A program made the position numbers and the translations under genes. A DNA stretch of 64,000 bases from Bugula neritina (Eukaryota; Animalia; Bryozoa): assembly GCA_964035545.1 (NCBI GenBank), contig OZ037772.1, forward strand, positions 9,417,150 to 9,481,149, given 5' to 3'. Below, piece by piece: positions 27,805-43,590 of the stretch (position 1 is its first letter; each line of letters starts with the position of its first letter). Under the pieces are notes generated by a model. It was given only the letters and a program-made list of their open reading frames with translations, ran no database searches and was not told the origin of the DNA.

Positions 27805-28886
27805 ATCAAGTACAACTCAGCATAAAAAATTAGAGTGGAACTGCTAAGACTTGTGGTAAAGCAATTTTATCTGCACTTTGAATAAAATGTTGTTAGGTAT
27901 AGCTTCTCTTTTGTTTTTTATATATTTTTTTAGTAAATATCTGTCAAACAAAAGACTATTGTTATTAAAGCATTATATAGCCAGCTTTTATCCAACCATT
28001 TCATTTATACATATATTATGTGCTCTAAAACTATAAAAGTGGTTTTAATCAAATTGTAAAAGCTTTCATAATAATAATATACTAAAATCAAAATATGAGT
28101 TTACTATTTTTATGTCTTCTGTGCAAAGAAAGTATGAGAGTTTATCATACTTACAACAATCCTTTATAAAAAAAATATCCATGCATATAAAATAGAGTTA
28201 AGTTGCATCTTAGTATTGCTTACAATAGTTCTTAAAGAAAAAATTGAGTAGAAAACCCCATTACCTATATATATGTTGTCCTCTCATGCAGAATCATGGT
28301 GTCTCTTAAACTAGTATCAAAAGGCAAAGTAGATAGAGAACAATTGCTTTCCACTCACAAGTCAGCTGTGGTGCTCATCAATTTTGTAAATCAATATTAA
28401 TAAACATGAAAAGAGATTACTATGCAAATCCATCATACACTTATTAATAGATCTGAAAAAAATACGTTATTGCAAAGTTGACAAACTGCATTTGTTCAGG
28501 CAGAGAAGGATGTCTCTGATTTACCGTAGAAGTATTCTGTCTGTAAACAAATTGAATGTCTCCAGTTTCACTGTTTGTTAGCTGATATCTTAATTTTGAC
28601 AGGACTGGCTATAATAGATGGTAAGTGTTGATTCAGCGGCGTCTTTGGAAGCTATCTTTTAAAAATACTCCCTAGATTTGCTAATTTGTCCACAACTTGT
28701 GCATGATAGTAATATGGTTGATTTGTTGATTCAGCTGCATTATTAGAGCTTCTGTTTTGAACATTATACTCTATAGATTTGTTAATGTGTTTGAAAGTTC
28801 TTGTATGAAAGTTAACAATTTGCTAAATTCCTTTAACTTTGTAAAAGAATTTTTTTTATCAGAATTTCTCCCATGCATTGTGACTA

Positions 28887-28890
<4 letters not shown>

Positions 28891-28972
<82 letters not shown>
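28891..28972. repeat. (TA)n microsatellite
   Basis: Perfect TA run abutting the Penelope-like element. Further runs at ~31115-31253 and ~31521-31660. Confidence 0.95.
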
Positions 28973-28978
<6 letters not shown>

Positions 28979-29010
28979 GAAATAAAATGAGATTTGATTA
29001 ATATAATGGC

Positions 29011-29063
29011 ATTTATTACTAGTAGTTTCGTACACAAGAACGATGTGCACTCGTCAGATAAAT
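29011..29063 (-). ncRNA. Minimal hammerhead ribozyme in the PLE 3' repeat
   Basis: ATTTAT-CTGACGA-GTGCACA(tcgttct)TGTGTAC-GAAAC-tacta-GTA^-ATAAAT. Stem I is 6 bp, stem II is 7 bp, both core boxes are present, and a short palindrome (TACTAGTA) replaces a full stem III. Confidence 0.85.
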
Positions 29064-29170
29064 TAGCCACTATGATTGCTTACAACTATAAATAATGTAA
29101 TATGTAAATATACACAGAATAAAGCTAGAAGATCAAAAAATAACAAAGAGGTAGCATTGGAATTACTTGG

Positions 29171-30740
29171 CTATGTTATAGCATTCTTGAGTAGAAATTT
29201 ACTACTATGTCTGCATATGGATAAAAAGTCATAGCGCTTATTGAGGGAAGACAACTGTGGCTTATAAAGAATGAAAAATTTTTCCCATGAGCATAGCTGA
29301 CAGTTTTTAGTGTTGTTGTTGTATGGTTGAGCTTTTCTGAGAATTTTCCAGGATATGGTAAAATCCAGACCTTTGTCTTTTAAGGTCCAGATGTGTTTGC
29401 TCAACTCAGTTTGCAAGCGCTTGGTTGGGTGTCTGAAAGAAGCAAAGTGGTTGTAGTATCTTGCCTTGAATGCAGTGGAGGAAATTCCTACATATGTTTC
29501 GGCAGTATCTTTTGATGGGACGGATACTTTGGCCTGGTACACAATGTTTGGGATGGTGCATTCTCCTGGGAGCGGGCATGTCTTTACATTTCTACAGTTA
29601 CAGCCTGCCTGTGATATAGGGGTGGTGTTGCATTTAGTAACACTTTTGTTGTGAGCAGTGATGGTCTGCTCCAAATTTGGGCAGCAACTGTAGCTGAGTT
29701 TGAGTGTGTTTTTATTAAATATTTTGTGCAGTGGGTGTTTGGTGTTGAATATATCTTTTATCAGCTTGAGGTATATGAAGCCGATTTTCGTCTTTACATT
29801 GCGGCTATAAGGTGGATTGTACCAGATGACTTGTCTTTGTCTGATGGGTTTGATGCTTGTATTGGTGTTGTCAGTATAGTCTTTGTATTTGAGTTGGTAG
29901 TCATATCCGCTTTTAGCCAAAGCATCTTGATATTGTGGGATGGCATTGTTGAAGATAGTTTCATTGGTAGATATGTCACAAAGTCTGCGGTTTATAGATT
30001 CTAGTATATTTTTCAGGATGCTAGGAGGATGGTTAGAGTCTTTGTGTACATACAGAGGGATGTTGTTGGGCTTGGAGTATGGTGTATGATGTTTCTTGAC
30101 CAGATCTAGGGTGACATCTAAATAGTCAGTTGTCTTAATATTAACATCTATGGTGATCTTTAGACCGTGTGACTGGAATAATATGCAAAGATCTTTTTTC
30201 AGTCTTTCAGCTAGTTGTGGTTTAAGATCTGTTACACCTAGCCCATCGTCACGATATAGTCCAATGTTAGCTTTGAACTTTTTTGAGATTGTACTTAATA
30301 AAAATAATCCTACTAATTCACATGTTTCAGCACCATCATGTGAGCCCATAGTGACGTCAAACAAATTATCTGATTGTCTTTTACCCCAAAATGAGTTGTC
30401 ATGCACCAATATGGATTTTTTTGTGTGCAATATGATATTCCGTTCGTGGTTGCTGACTGTGGTATGCAAGTTGGCAAAGTCGAGAGCATCTGATAGTAGC
30501 TTTGGTGATATAGATGGATAAACTTCCACAATATCGAACACGATAAAAGAGTGCTTGTTTGTGGTGGTCAAATTGTCAAACCAATGTAAAACTGCAGATG
30601 TGCTTTTCCACTGATTTAGGCCAAGTTTGCTGTTTATCGATGTATTAATTCTGTCAAGTAGTTGTTTACTCACCCTACCTATCTCTGGTTTGGTGGGGTT
30701 AATAAGGCGGCAGGTGGGGTTAGTTATGTAGTTAGCCTTA
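29171..30740 (-). CDS. Penelope-like reverse transcriptase + GIY-YIG endonuclease (N-terminally truncated)
   Basis: The open frame extends upstream of the listed ORF to the inversion junction (KANYITNPTCRLINPTKPEIGR). RT motifs FDIVEVYPSI, MGSHDGAE, YRDDG. Cys linker CNC..CPLPGEC. Endonuclease IVYQA...TYVG...ARYYNH. Confidence 0.92.
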
Positions 30741-30959
30741 AAAATTTTTCATTCTTTATAAGCCACAGTTGTCTTCCCTCAATAAGCGCTATGACTTTTT
30801 ATCCATATGCAGACATAGTAGTAAATTTCTACTCAAGAATGCTGTAACATAGCCAAGTAATTCCAATGCTACCTCTTTGTTATTTTTTGATCTTCTAGCT
30901 TTATTCTGTGTATATTTAAATATTACATTATTTATAGTTGTAAGCAATCATAGTGGCTA

Positions 30960-31012
30960 ATTTATCTGACGAGTGCACATCGTTCTTGTGTACGAAACTA
31001 CTGGTAATAAAT
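30960..31012 (+). ncRNA. Minimal hammerhead ribozyme, inverted copy
   Basis: Same fold as 29011-29063; one substitution (TACTGGTA) breaks the palindrome. Confidence 0.8.
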
Positions 31013-31111
31013 GCCATTATATTAATCAAATCTCATTTTATTTCTTTTAATGTTTATGCTCTAGATTTATTTCTATAGAGCACTCTAGTAACGTTTTATA
31101 AACACTCATTT

Positions 31112-31626
<515 letters not shown>

Positions 31627-32303
31627 ATATAATATAATATAATATATTATATATATATTATTAGACTATAGTTTGCTTTATTTGCATTTCAGATATACCT
31701 AACACCAGTGAATCTGTGAAAATAAAAAAAGCAGAACATGTCATGTAGTTATGGCTTTTGTAGTAGGATAAACTGTTTTATTAATGTTTCAACTTCCAAA
31801 AGACATATAATCTCTAAAACTAATATTGTATGACAAATAATTTGCTAGTGACAACTTAGACGGCTTAAAAACACAAGATCTTTCAACATTTACAGACTAG
31901 AAAAGTCCAACAGTTAAGACTGTTTATAAACATATGACTATGTGCAATATTCTACGTATAAGCTATAAAACATGTTTTCAACCCTTACTTTATACTTTTG
32001 GAGAAATAAAACACTAATAATTGTAATAGTTTACTTGTGAAATTATAATAAAAACATCTTTGATGTAGAAAAACTAAAAACAGTAAAAGACATTGTTCTT
32101 GTATGAACATAAAGCAACTGTTTTTCTGTAAACCAAAAATATTTAAACTAGTTTTAAAATAAAAATTATGGCAAGAATTTAAAACTATAAAACAAGATAT
32201 GCATGACTATATTCTGAATGACAGCTTAAAACTTACTAAGTTCATTTGCTTCTCCTTTTACTGATGGAATTGAAGATTATAATTCTTTACCACGGTAATG
32301 AAA

Positions 32304-34446
32304 TCAATTATAAGGTTCATTTAATCCAGAATGATATCTCCGAACGTGAGTAACCATTTTATCTCTCTGAGCTGATCTGTAGTCACATGTGTCGCAAATA
32401 TGTACATTCTCAAAGGAATGAGATTCTATATGACGATCCATGTAATCACTTCGGGCTACCTCATATCTACAGTGAGGGCATTTCCATTTCCCGGTTACAG
32501 GGTCTTCAAATTCAAAGCAAGAATAGAAAATGCAGTAATTTATATAGAAGTTGCAAAAGTTGCTACATTGTTGCAATGTTGTTTATGCATGAGAAGTTAT
32601 GTTCACCTAATATGCAAACAAAAATCAAAGGATAACCTTTTGAGTATTTAAGTTGCCTTTTGATCCTATAGTATAATTATTATTAATATTATATATCGAT
32701 GCTCAGTTACAATCTATGGTCAATATATAATAAGTTGATAACTTACTCTTATTTATAGTTGAAGGTAAAGCAGAGACATTGGTTGGTGGTCGCTGTAAAG
32801 TTGATGAGGTGGAGAGAATCTTATCTGTCTGTTGGTTGAATGGTAAGTTCTGAGGAATTTGTGAATGAATTGGCTGTGTGAAGAGTCCAGACAGATTAGA
32901 GTGGCTCTGATTTACTGCAGAGGTATATTGACTCCCATAATACTGGGAATTATGTGCTTGTCTGTCTGTCTGAAAGTTTGGTGGATGAGCATTCTGGGTA
33001 TAAGTTGGTAGATTGAATATCTGTTGATTTGGTGTAAGATAGCTCTGGTTAATGTTTAGTAAATTAGATTGAAATGGTACCATAAATATATCAGGTACAA
33101 ACAAATGAGTAAAGTTTCTTGAAGAAGCATTGCCCCTTACAACAGATTGAAGGTTTTCATACGATGAAAGTGTCTGTTGATCAAATGCTTGATTATTCTG
33201 GCTAAAGTTGGGTGAACTTCTAAAAGTCTGTTCAACAGAGGTTGCAGACGGCGTAGTAACATGGCTTCTACGTCTTGGAGAGTTGCCAACAAGTTGCATA
33301 TTTCTGCCTCTTCTGCTCCTTTGTGAAATTTGTGACTGAATATGTTCTTCATAGGTCGGTAAGTGTGAACCAGGTAAAGGAAAATAATATTCAGACCATG
33401 TAGTAGTATTGTCTCTATCAGAACCTTGAATATTTACTCTTTCTGTGTTTCTTGGTTGAGATGCTGAGTACATCTCCCGGTAACCAGATGCCATCGACAG
33501 AATTAATGGTTGATCGGTCCCTCCTAGACCCTCTCCGTTCTGTTCTATATTTAGCAATAATTCAGTATCTCCTGTAAAGTAAATAAACCTGTCCTCAAAA
33601 TTTATAACTTTTCTCATAATACAACTTGCTTAATATTTACACAATCATCACAAAAATTGCTTCAAATTCACTTTAGTATTGCCAATACAAAGGCAAACAG
33701 CATAATGTAGCTTTCTCATTTTATTGGTAGTTGAAATTGGGTGAATTGCAATTTTTTAACTTTTTTCAAGCTTGAGAAGGTGTTGTTATAAAACACTCTC
33801 TGTATGTTAAGCTGAAGTTAAAATTCAAAATCATTTTTTGAATTTGATTTAGAAATATTTGAAAAGCTGATATGCATGCATTCACCAAACTGACTAACCA
33901 ATCCACTTTCTACTCTGCAGAGATAATTCATTTAAACTGAGCTGCAATTAGGATTTATTTTCATTACAATTGGTTACAATAAAAGTTATTCATAAGCTGT
34001 ACTCAAGTAGCATTGGTGTAGATTAGGTAAAACTCTCCCAAAGCAAACTGCTGAAAAGATCCTGTAAGATTGAGTATTGAAGCAAAAAGATGTAGACGCA
34101 AATGACAGTTTATTTAAAAGTACTAACCCGCATCACTCATAAGACTTGCTAGATCAGCATTCTGTTCAGAATCTCCGAGTTCATCATTAGAATCCTGCTC
34201 TTGTCTTATGCATCCTTCATCTGAAAATATAACTATGATGTCTTAGAATACAGTGTAGATTGTTAGAAATTAACTAATTAACTCAAATTTCAAACTCTAG
34301 TAAACTTTATGATCGACATAATCAACTTTCACCAATGTGCCATAGAAGGGCAGAAGTTCAACACTTACTATTACATTACCACAGTATTTCAAAATAATAT
34401 TATTAATAAAATACAGTCTCTACTTACTTGACATACCATCTGCCAT
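32304..34446 (-). CDS. ZF array unit 4 (two C2H2 fingers; PLILS variant motif)
   Basis: MADGMS micro-exon; exon ~34220-34129; large exon ~33571-32745; finger exon WKCPHCRYEVARSDYMDRHIESH...CDTCDYRSAQRDKMVTHVRRYH. Confidence 0.85.
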
Positions 34447-35989
34447 CTTAAGTACAACTCAACGCTAAAAGTAAAGTAAAACTGCAAAAACTCGCTGCAA
34501 CACAATTTTATCTGCACTTTGAATACAATATTGTAGACTATCCGTAGCCCCTTTATATATAGTTTAAGATATAACTAATATATCTGTCAAACAAAGAAAG
34601 CTATTGCAGAAGCATTATATAGCTAGCTTTCATTAAACCATTTTACTCATACATACATGTGCTATGAAACTGGCAGTTTTTCATCTCAATTGTTAAAGCT
34701 TTTGTGATACTTTACTAAAATCAAATGATAGTGTGTGTTATCCTCTCATGCATATGCTATGAAACTATAAGAAGTGTTTTAATTATCTTATCAAAAGTTT
34801 CATAACATTAAACTTAAATAAAATTATCAGTTTATTACTTTGCAAAGACCGTGAAATTTTATCTTATTTATAGAACAAGTCTCTATAAAAAATAATCCTG
34901 CCTATTAAATTAAGTTCAGGCTCAGCTTAGTGTTGTTTACAATAATTCCCAAAGTCAAATTGAGTAGAAACCTCTCATCCAGAAAATAGATCTAATTTAC
35001 ATTTTCTGTTCTTGAAAACTTTACAATCGGTATTTTCTCCAGGCAGAGAATAACGTCTCTGTTTTAAATGCAGAAATATTCTGTCTGTAGACAAATTGAA
35101 GGTTTTTAGTTTCAGTGTTTTTTTAGTAGATTTGTTGATTCAGCTGTGTTACTGGAACTTCTGCTCTGAACATTATACTCTATAGATTTGTTGATTATTG
35201 TGACAGTCCATGATGTATGAAAGTTAACTATTTGCTAAATTATTTTAACATGGTAAAGGAAATTTTCCATCAGGGGTTCTCACATACAGTGTGACTATGA
35301 TTATACTCAAGTGAGCATTAGACTAGTTTGTTTCATTTGCATGTCAGATTCCATCAGTGCATTTGTGAAAATTAAAAAAACAGAACATGCCATTTAGTTA
35401 TTGTTTTTGTACGAGTAGTAGGATAAATTGTTTTATTAATATTGCAACTTCAAAAAAGCATAGAATCTCTAAAATTAATATTGTATGATAGATAATTTGC
35501 TAATGACAACTATTAGATGGCCTAAAAACACAAACTTCTTCAACATGTACAGGCTAGAAAACATCCAACAGTTGGGAATGTTTATAAAAATGAATGTGAC
35601 TGTAAGCAATAGTTTACATGCGTTAGATCTTTTTTTTCTAACATCACTTTATTTTTGAAAAAATAATAAAATTATTTACTGCAAAAATTTACTTCTAAAA
35701 TGGAAATAAAAAAACGCCTGATTTAGAAAGGCTGAAAACATTTGAAGTCAAATTTCATTTATGAACATGGTACAGCTGTTTTTCTAGAGACCAGAAACAT
35801 GTGAACTATCTTCAGAATAAAAATTATGGCAAAAATGTAAACTATAACACAAGATATGGACAATTAATTTCTGGTATATGATAACCTAATTAGATTTACT
35901 AAGTTCAGTTGCTTTTTATTTTACTGATGCATTTGAGAATGATTATTCAGATGGTAGTTATGTGAATGTTTCTTTCCACATTAATGACA

Positions 35990-38900
35990 TTAGGAAGGTT
36001 TATTTCCAGCATCATGAGTTTTCATATGTCTCTTAAAGCTCTGATTGCTTTGGGTTCTGTAGTCACACACGCTGCAAACATGTACATTTTCTTGATCGTG
36101 AGTTTCTATATGGCAAACTATGTTCTTATCGATAACTGTCTTAAATCTACAGTAGGGGCATTCATATTTGTCGATTCCAGTATCTTTAAAATAAAAACAA
36201 GAATATTATTTGCAATAATTAAATTACATTACGTTCTTGTAAAGCAGTTTATGAGAAGTTATATTTACATATGTGTACACGAAAAGAAACAGATTGGATC
36301 AGGAAAAGCTCATCCAGTTAAATTTGACTTTTACTCTATATATAATTTAAATTAAGTAATAATAGAGTAAAATAAAATACTAAATAAATATTAGGATAGC
36401 TATTATAGGTATCCTAATATTTAATACTATTATATTTATGTGTAATTACAATATAATTATGATAAGTAGATAATAAGTTGATAACTTACTATAATAAGTT
36501 GAAGGTAAAGCAGAGACATCGGATGGTAGATGCTGTGAGGTTGATGGAGTAGAGTGAGTCTCATTGGTCTGTTGATTGAATGGTGAGTTTTGTAGAATCT
36601 GTGAATGAATTGGCTGTGTGAAGAGTTCAGGCAGATTAGAGTGGCTCTGATTTACTGCAGATGTAGATTGACTCCCATAATACAGGAAATTTTGTGCTTG
36701 TCTATCTGTCTGAAAGTTTGGTGGATGAGCATTCTGGGTATAAGTTGGTAGATTGAATGTCTGTAGACTTTGAAAGTAATAGTTCTGGAGCATGTTCAGT
36801 AAATTCAATTGAAATGGTACCATAAATATATCAGGTGAAAACAAATGAGTCAAGTTTCTTGAAGAAGCATTGTCCCTTACAACAGATTGAAGGTTTTCAT
36901 TTGATGAAAGTGTCTGTTGATCTAATACTTGATTAATCTGGCTAAAGTTGGGTGAACTTCTAACATCCTGTTCCACAGAGGTTGCAGAAGGCGTAGTAAA
37001 TTGGCTTCTATGTCTTGGAGAGTTGCCAACAAGTTGCATATTTCCGGCTCTTCTGCTCGTTTGTGGAGTTCGTGACTGAATATGTTCCTCATAGGTCGGT
37101 AAGTGTGAACCATGTAAGAGAAAATGATATTCAGACCATGTAGAAGTATTTTCTCTATCAGAACCTTGCATATTTACTCTTTCTGTGTTTCTCGGTTGAG
37201 ATGACGAAGAAATCTCCTGGGAACCAGATGGTAGCTGGGATCTGTTTGTTGCTATTGACAGATCTAAAGGAAGTTCAGTGTTTTCTACACTCTCCACATT
37301 TTTTCGTCCTGGATTTAGCGCTATAATGTCTTTACTTTCTAAAAAGAAGAGAACAAAAAATGTCGTTCAAGCTTATAAATATACAAACATCAAAACATTT
37401 GTCCCAATCTTCAAATATTAAGATTTTTGCAGACGTCAAAAGATGGTGTGGAAAACCCAGCTCTTCTAATTTTTAGGTTAAAGGTCAAATTCAAGACGTT
37501 TTTGACTTTCCTTGAACTATTTGAAAATCTAAGACATTCCCAAAAAAACTTACTTATAACCCGTCAACAGTCTACTTTGTAAAGATCATTAACTTAAATC
37601 TCTGCACCAATAGTTTACTTTTATTATAAATTTTAGAAAAAAGTACTTTACAAGCTGTACTCAAGTAGTAATAAAATGTGGTAATAAAAGTTTAGTGCTT
37701 TCTACATTCTTCTCATTCTGTTGTTCTATATATAATTACCATCACTATGAGAACCTTGGATGTTTACTCTTTCTGTGTGCTTTGGTTTAGATGCTGAGGA
37801 CATCTCCTGGTAACAGGATGCTATTGATAGATCTAATGGTTGTTTGGCAATTTCTAGATTATCTCTGTTTTCTAGTTGTGGATTCAGTACTTCTGCTGCA
37901 AACGTTTCTATAAAAACCATAAACGCTTCTTTAAGTTTTAAAATTGCTTTACTAAAATGCGTATGCACTGTTAGTATTATTACCATCAATATCAGAACCT
38001 TGGATGTTTACTCTTTCTGTGTTTCTTGGTTGAGATGCTGAGTACATCTCCCGGTAACCAGATGCCATCGATAGATCTAATGGTTGATCGGTCCCTACTA
38101 TAAAGCTCTCCTCATTCTGTTCTATATTTAGCAATGGTTCAGTGTTTCCTGTAAAGTAAATAAATCTGTCCTTGAAACTTATAGTACTACTCACATAAGA
38201 TTTTCACAATCATCACAAAAATTGCTTCAACTTCACTGTGGTGTTGCCAATACAGGAGCAAACAGCATAATGCAGCTTTCTCAGTTTATAGGTAGTTAAA
38301 ATTATATGTATTGCAATTTTCTAACTTTGTTCAAGCATGTAAAGGTGTTGTTATAAAACTAGCTGTATTTTAAGCTGAAGTTAAAATTCAATATCATTTG
38401 GAATTTGATTTGGAAATATTTGAAAAGCTGATATACATGCATTCACTAAACTGACTAACCAATCCACTTTCTACTCTGCAGAGATTATTAAGTTAAACTG
38501 AGCCGCAATTAGAATTTATTTTCATTCCAAGGTTTTAATAAAAGTTATTCATAAACTTTACTCAAGTTACATTCATGTAGATTGGGTAAAATTCTCCCAA
38601 AGCAAACTGCTGAAAAGATCCTGTAAGAATGAGTGTTCAAGCAAAAAACTGTAGATGCAAATGACAGTGTATTTAAAGTACTAACCGGCATCACTTCCAA
38701 GACTTGCTGAATCAGCATTCCGTTCAGAATCGCTGAGTTCATCATTAGAATCCTGCTCTTGCCTTATGCATCCTTCATCTGAAAATATAACTCTGATGTC
38801 TTAGAATACAGTGTAGATTGTTAGAAATAAACTAATTAACTCAAATTACAAATTCTAGTAAAATTTATGACATAATCAACTTTCACCAATGTGCCATAGA

Positions 38901-38994
38901 AAGGCAGAAGTTCAACACTTACTATTATATTATCACACTGTTTTAAGATATTCATAAAATTCAGTCTCTACTTACTTGACATATCATCTGCCAT
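35990..38994 (-). CDS. ZF array unit 5 (three PLDLS motifs, two C2H2 fingers)
   Basis: MADDMS micro-exon; exons ~38778-38686, ~38148-37984, ~37907-37740, ~37338-36489; finger exon YECPYCRFKTVIDKNIVCHIETH...CSVCDYRTQSNQSFKRHMKTH...KPS*. Confidence 0.87.
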
Positions 38995-40527
38995 TTTAAG
39001 TACAACTCAACACTAAAAGTAAAGTAAAACTTCAAAGACTTGCTGTAACACAATTTTATTTGCACTTTGAATACAATATTGTAGATTCTCCTTAGCCCTT
39101 TATATATAGTTCAGGATATAACTAATATCTGTCAAATGAAGAAAGCTATTGTAGAAGCATTATATAGCTAGCTTTCATTAAATCATTTTACTTGTACATG
39201 TGCTATGAAACTGGCAGTTTTTTCACCTCAATTGTTAAAGCTTTTGTGATACTTAACTAAAGTCAAATGATAGTGTGTGTTATCTTCTCATGCATATATG
39301 CTATGAAACTATGAGAAGTGATTTAATTAACTTATCAAATTTTTCATAACATTAAACTTAAATCAAATTATCAGTTTATTACTTTGCAAAGATCGTGAAA
39401 ATTTATCTTATTTAGAACAAGTCTCTATAAAAAATGATCCTGCCTATTAAATTAGGTTAAGTCTCATCTTGGTGTTGTTTACAGTAATTATTCCCAAAGA
39501 CAAGTTGAGTAGAAAACTCTCATCCAGAAAATAGAATTAATTTACATTTTCTGTTCTTGAAAACTTTACAATCTGTATTTTCTCCAGGCAGAGAATAATC
39601 TCTCTGTTTCAAATGCAGAAATATTCTGTCTGTAGACAAATTGAAGGTTTTTAGTTTCAGTGTTTTTTAGCTAATTTGTTGATTCAGCTGTGTTACTGGA
39701 ACTTCTGCTCTGAACATTATACTCTATAGTTTTGTTGATTTTTTTGACAGTCTATGTGTGAAAGTTAACTATTTGCTAAATTATTTTAACTTGGTAAAGG
39801 AAATTTTCCATCAGGGGTTCTCACATGCATTGTGAATATGATTATACTCAAGTGAGCATTAGACTAGTTTGTTTCATTTGCATGTCAGATACCTATCAGT
39901 GCATCTGTGATAATAAAAAAACAGAATATGCCATTTAGTTATTGTTTTTGTATGAGTAGTAGGATAAATTGTTTTATTAATATTGCAAGTTCTTCAAAAA
40001 AGCATAGATTCTCTAGAATTAATATTGTATGATGGATAATTTGCTAATGACAACTATTAGACGGCCTAAAAACACAAACTTCTTCAACATTTAGAGACTA
40101 GAAAACATCAAACAGTTAAGAATGTTTATAAAAATGAATGTGACTGTAAGCAATAGTTTACGTTAGATCTTTTTTTTCTAACATCACTTTATTTTTGAAA
40201 AAATAATAAAATTATTAACTGCAAAAATTTACTTCTAAAATGGAAATAAAAATGCCTGATTTAGAAAGGCTGAAAACATTTGAAGTCGCATTTCATTTAT
40301 GAACATGGTACAGCTGTTTTTCTAGAGACCAGAAACATGTGAACTATCTTCAGAATAAAAATTATGGCAAGAATGTAAACTATAAAACAAGATATGGACA
40401 ATTAATTTCTGGTATATGATAACCTAATTAGATTTATTAAGTTCAGCTGCTTTTTATTTTACTGATGCATTTGAGAATGATTATTCAGATGGTAGTTATG
40501 TGAATGTTTCTTTCCACATTAATGACA

Positions 40528-43500
40528 TTAGGAAGGTTTATTTCCAGCATCATGAGTTTTCATATGTCTCTTAAAGCTACGATTGCTTTGGGTTCTGTAG
40601 TCACACACGCTGCAAACATGTACATTTTCTTGATCGTGAGTTTCTATATGGCAAACTATGTTCTTATCGATAACTGTCTTAAATCTACAGTAGGGGCATT
40701 CGTATTTGTCGATTCCAGTATCTTTAAAATAAAAACAAGAATATTATTTGCAATAAGTTACATTACGTTCTTGTAAAGCAGTTTATGAGAAGTTATATTT
40801 ACATATGTGTACACGAAAAGAAACAGATTGGATCAGGAAAAGCTCATCCAGTTAAATTTGACTTTTACTCTATATATAATTTAAATTAAGTAATAATAGA
40901 GTAAAATAAAATACTAAATAAATATTAAGATAGCTATTATAGGTATCCTAATATTTAATACTATTATATTTATGTGTAATTACAATATAATTATGATAAG
41001 TAGATAATAAGTTGATAACTTACTATAATAAGTTGAAGGTAAAGTAGAGACATCGGATGGTAGATGCTGTGAGGTTGATGGAGTAGAGTGAGTCTCATTG
41101 GTCTGTTGATTGAATGGTGAGTTTTGTAGAATCTGTGGATGAATTGGCTGTGTGAAGAGTTCGGGCAGATTAGAGTGGCTCTGATTTACTGCAGATGTAG
41201 ATTGACTTCCATAATACAGGAAATTATGTGCTTGTCTGTCTGTCTGAAAGTTTGGTAGATGAGCATTATGGGTATAAGTTGGTAGATTGAGTGTCTGTTG
41301 ACTTTGAAAGGAATAGTTCTGGAGCATGTTTAGTAAATTCAATTGAAATGGTACCATAAATATATCAGGTGAAAACAAATGAGTAAAGTTTCTTGAAGAA
41401 GCATTGTCCCTTATAGCAGATTGAAGGTTTTCATTTGATGAAAGTGTCTGTTGATCTAATACTTGATTAATCTGGCTCAAGTTGGGTGAACCTCTAACAC
41501 TCTGTTCTACAGAGGCTGCAGAGGACGTAGTAAAATGGCTTCTATGTCTTGGAGAGTTGCCAACAAGTTGCATATTTCCGGCTCTTTGTGACTCATTGTG
41601 TTCTTCATATGTTGGTAAGTGGGAACCATGTAAGAGAAAATAATATTCAGACCATGTAGTGGTATTGTCTCTATGAGAGCCTTGAATATTTACTCTTTCT
41701 GTGTTTCTTGGTTGAGATGCTGATGACGAAGGATAAATCTCCTGGGAACCAGATGGTCGCTGGGATCTGTTTGTTGTTGTTGACAGATCTAAAGGAAGTT
41801 CGGTGTTTTCTACACTCTCCTCATTCTGTTGTTCCTGATTATGTACTATAATGTCTTCATTCTCTAACAAAAAAACAAAAAATGTCGTTCAAGCTTATAG
41901 ATATACCAACACCAAAATATTAGTCTTAATCTTCAAATATTGAGAGTTTTGCAGGCGTCAAATGATGGTGTGCAAAATCCAGCTCTTCAAATTAGGTTAA
42001 AGTTCAAATTTAGAATATTTTGGACTTTTCCCGAACTGTTTGAAAAACTAAGATATTCCCCAAAAAGGTTCTAACCAGCAGACAGTCTACTTTGTACAGA
42101 TCATTATCTTGAACCTCTGCACCAATAGTTTACTTTTATTATAAATTTTAGAAAAAAGTACTTTACAAGCTGTACTCAAGTAGTATTAAAATGTGGTAAT
42201 GAAAGTTTGGTGCTTTCTACACTCTTCTCATTCTGTTGTTCTATACACTTGGTACTACTGCTGCAGTTTCAATAAAAGGCATAAATATTGCTTTAAATTT
42301 TATAATTGCTATTTTATAATTTGTATGCACTGTTATTTAGTATTATTACCATCACTATCAGAACCTTGAGTGTTTACTCTTTCTGTGTGTTTTGGTTTAG
42401 AGTACATCTCCTGATAACCAGATGCCATCGACAGATCTAATGGTTGTTCGGCATTTTCTAGATCCTCCTTGTTTTGTTGTTGTGGATTCAGTACTACTGC
42501 TGCAGTTTCTATAAAAATTATAGACGTTTCTTTAAATTTTAAAATTGCTATACTAAAATGTGTATGCACTGTTAGTATTATTACCATCACAATCAGAACC
42601 TTGGATGTTTACTCTTTCTGTGTTTCTTGGTTGAGATGCTGAGTACATCTCCCGGTAACCAGATGTCATCGACAGATCTAATGGTTGATCGGTCTCTACT
42701 ATAAAGCTCTCCTCATTCTGTTCTATATTTAGCCATGGTTCAGTGTTTCCTGTAAAGTAAATAAATCTGTCCTTGAAACTTATAATACTACTCCCATAAT
42801 ATTTTCACAATCATCACAAAAATTGCTTCAACTTCACTGTGGTGTTGCCAATACAGGAGCAAACAGCATAATGCAGCTTTCTCAGTTTATAGGTAGTTAA
42901 AATTAAATGTATTGCAATTTTTTACTTTCGTTCAGGCATGAAAAGGTGTTGTTATAAAACACTCTCTGTATTTTAAGCTGAAGTTAAAATTCAATATCAT
43001 TTGGAATTTGATTTGGAAATATTTGAAAAGCCGATATACATGCATTCACTAAACTGACTAACCAATCCACTTTCTACTCGGCAAAAATAATTAATTTAAA
43101 CTGAGCCGCAATTTTTTCATTACAAGGTTACAATAAAAATTATTCAGAAACTGTACTCAAGTTGCATTCATTTAGAATGGGTGAGACTTTCCCAAAGCAA
43201 ACTGTTGAAAAGATCCTGTAAGATTGAGCATTGAAGCAAAAAGATGTAGATGCAAATGACAGTGTATTTAAAAGTACTAACCCGCATCACTTCTAAGACT
43301 TGCTATATCAGCAGTCTGTTCAGAGTCTCTGAGTTCATCATTAGAATCCTGCTCTTGTCTTATGCATCCTTCATCTGAAAATATAACTATGATGTCTTAG
43401 AATACAGTGTAGATTGTTGGAAATAAACTAATGAACTCAAATTACAAACTCTAGTAAACTTTATGACATAAGCAGCCTTCACCAATGTGCCATACAAGGG

Positions 43501-43590
43501 CAGAAGTTCAACACTTACTACTACATTATCACACTGTTTTAAAGTATTAATAAAATTCAGTCTCTACTTACTTGACATATCATCTGCCAT
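40528..43590 (-). CDS. ZF array unit 6 (three PLDLS motifs, two C2H2 fingers)
   Basis: Same exon plan as unit 5. PLDLS at 42670-42684, 42429-42443 and 41781-41795. Finger exon differs from unit 5 by a single amino acid. Confidence 0.87.

Noticed and set aside
29171-30740. Naiad/Chlamys-type or selenoprotein-encoding PLE
   Set aside because: The endonuclease is C-terminal, hammerheads are present and there is no in-frame TGA.
35910-35992. Stop-codon readthrough or a variant genetic code extending into finger 3
   Set aside because: The relic fingers contain extra stops and frameshifts in different paralogs, and TAA behaves as a normal stop in unit 8.
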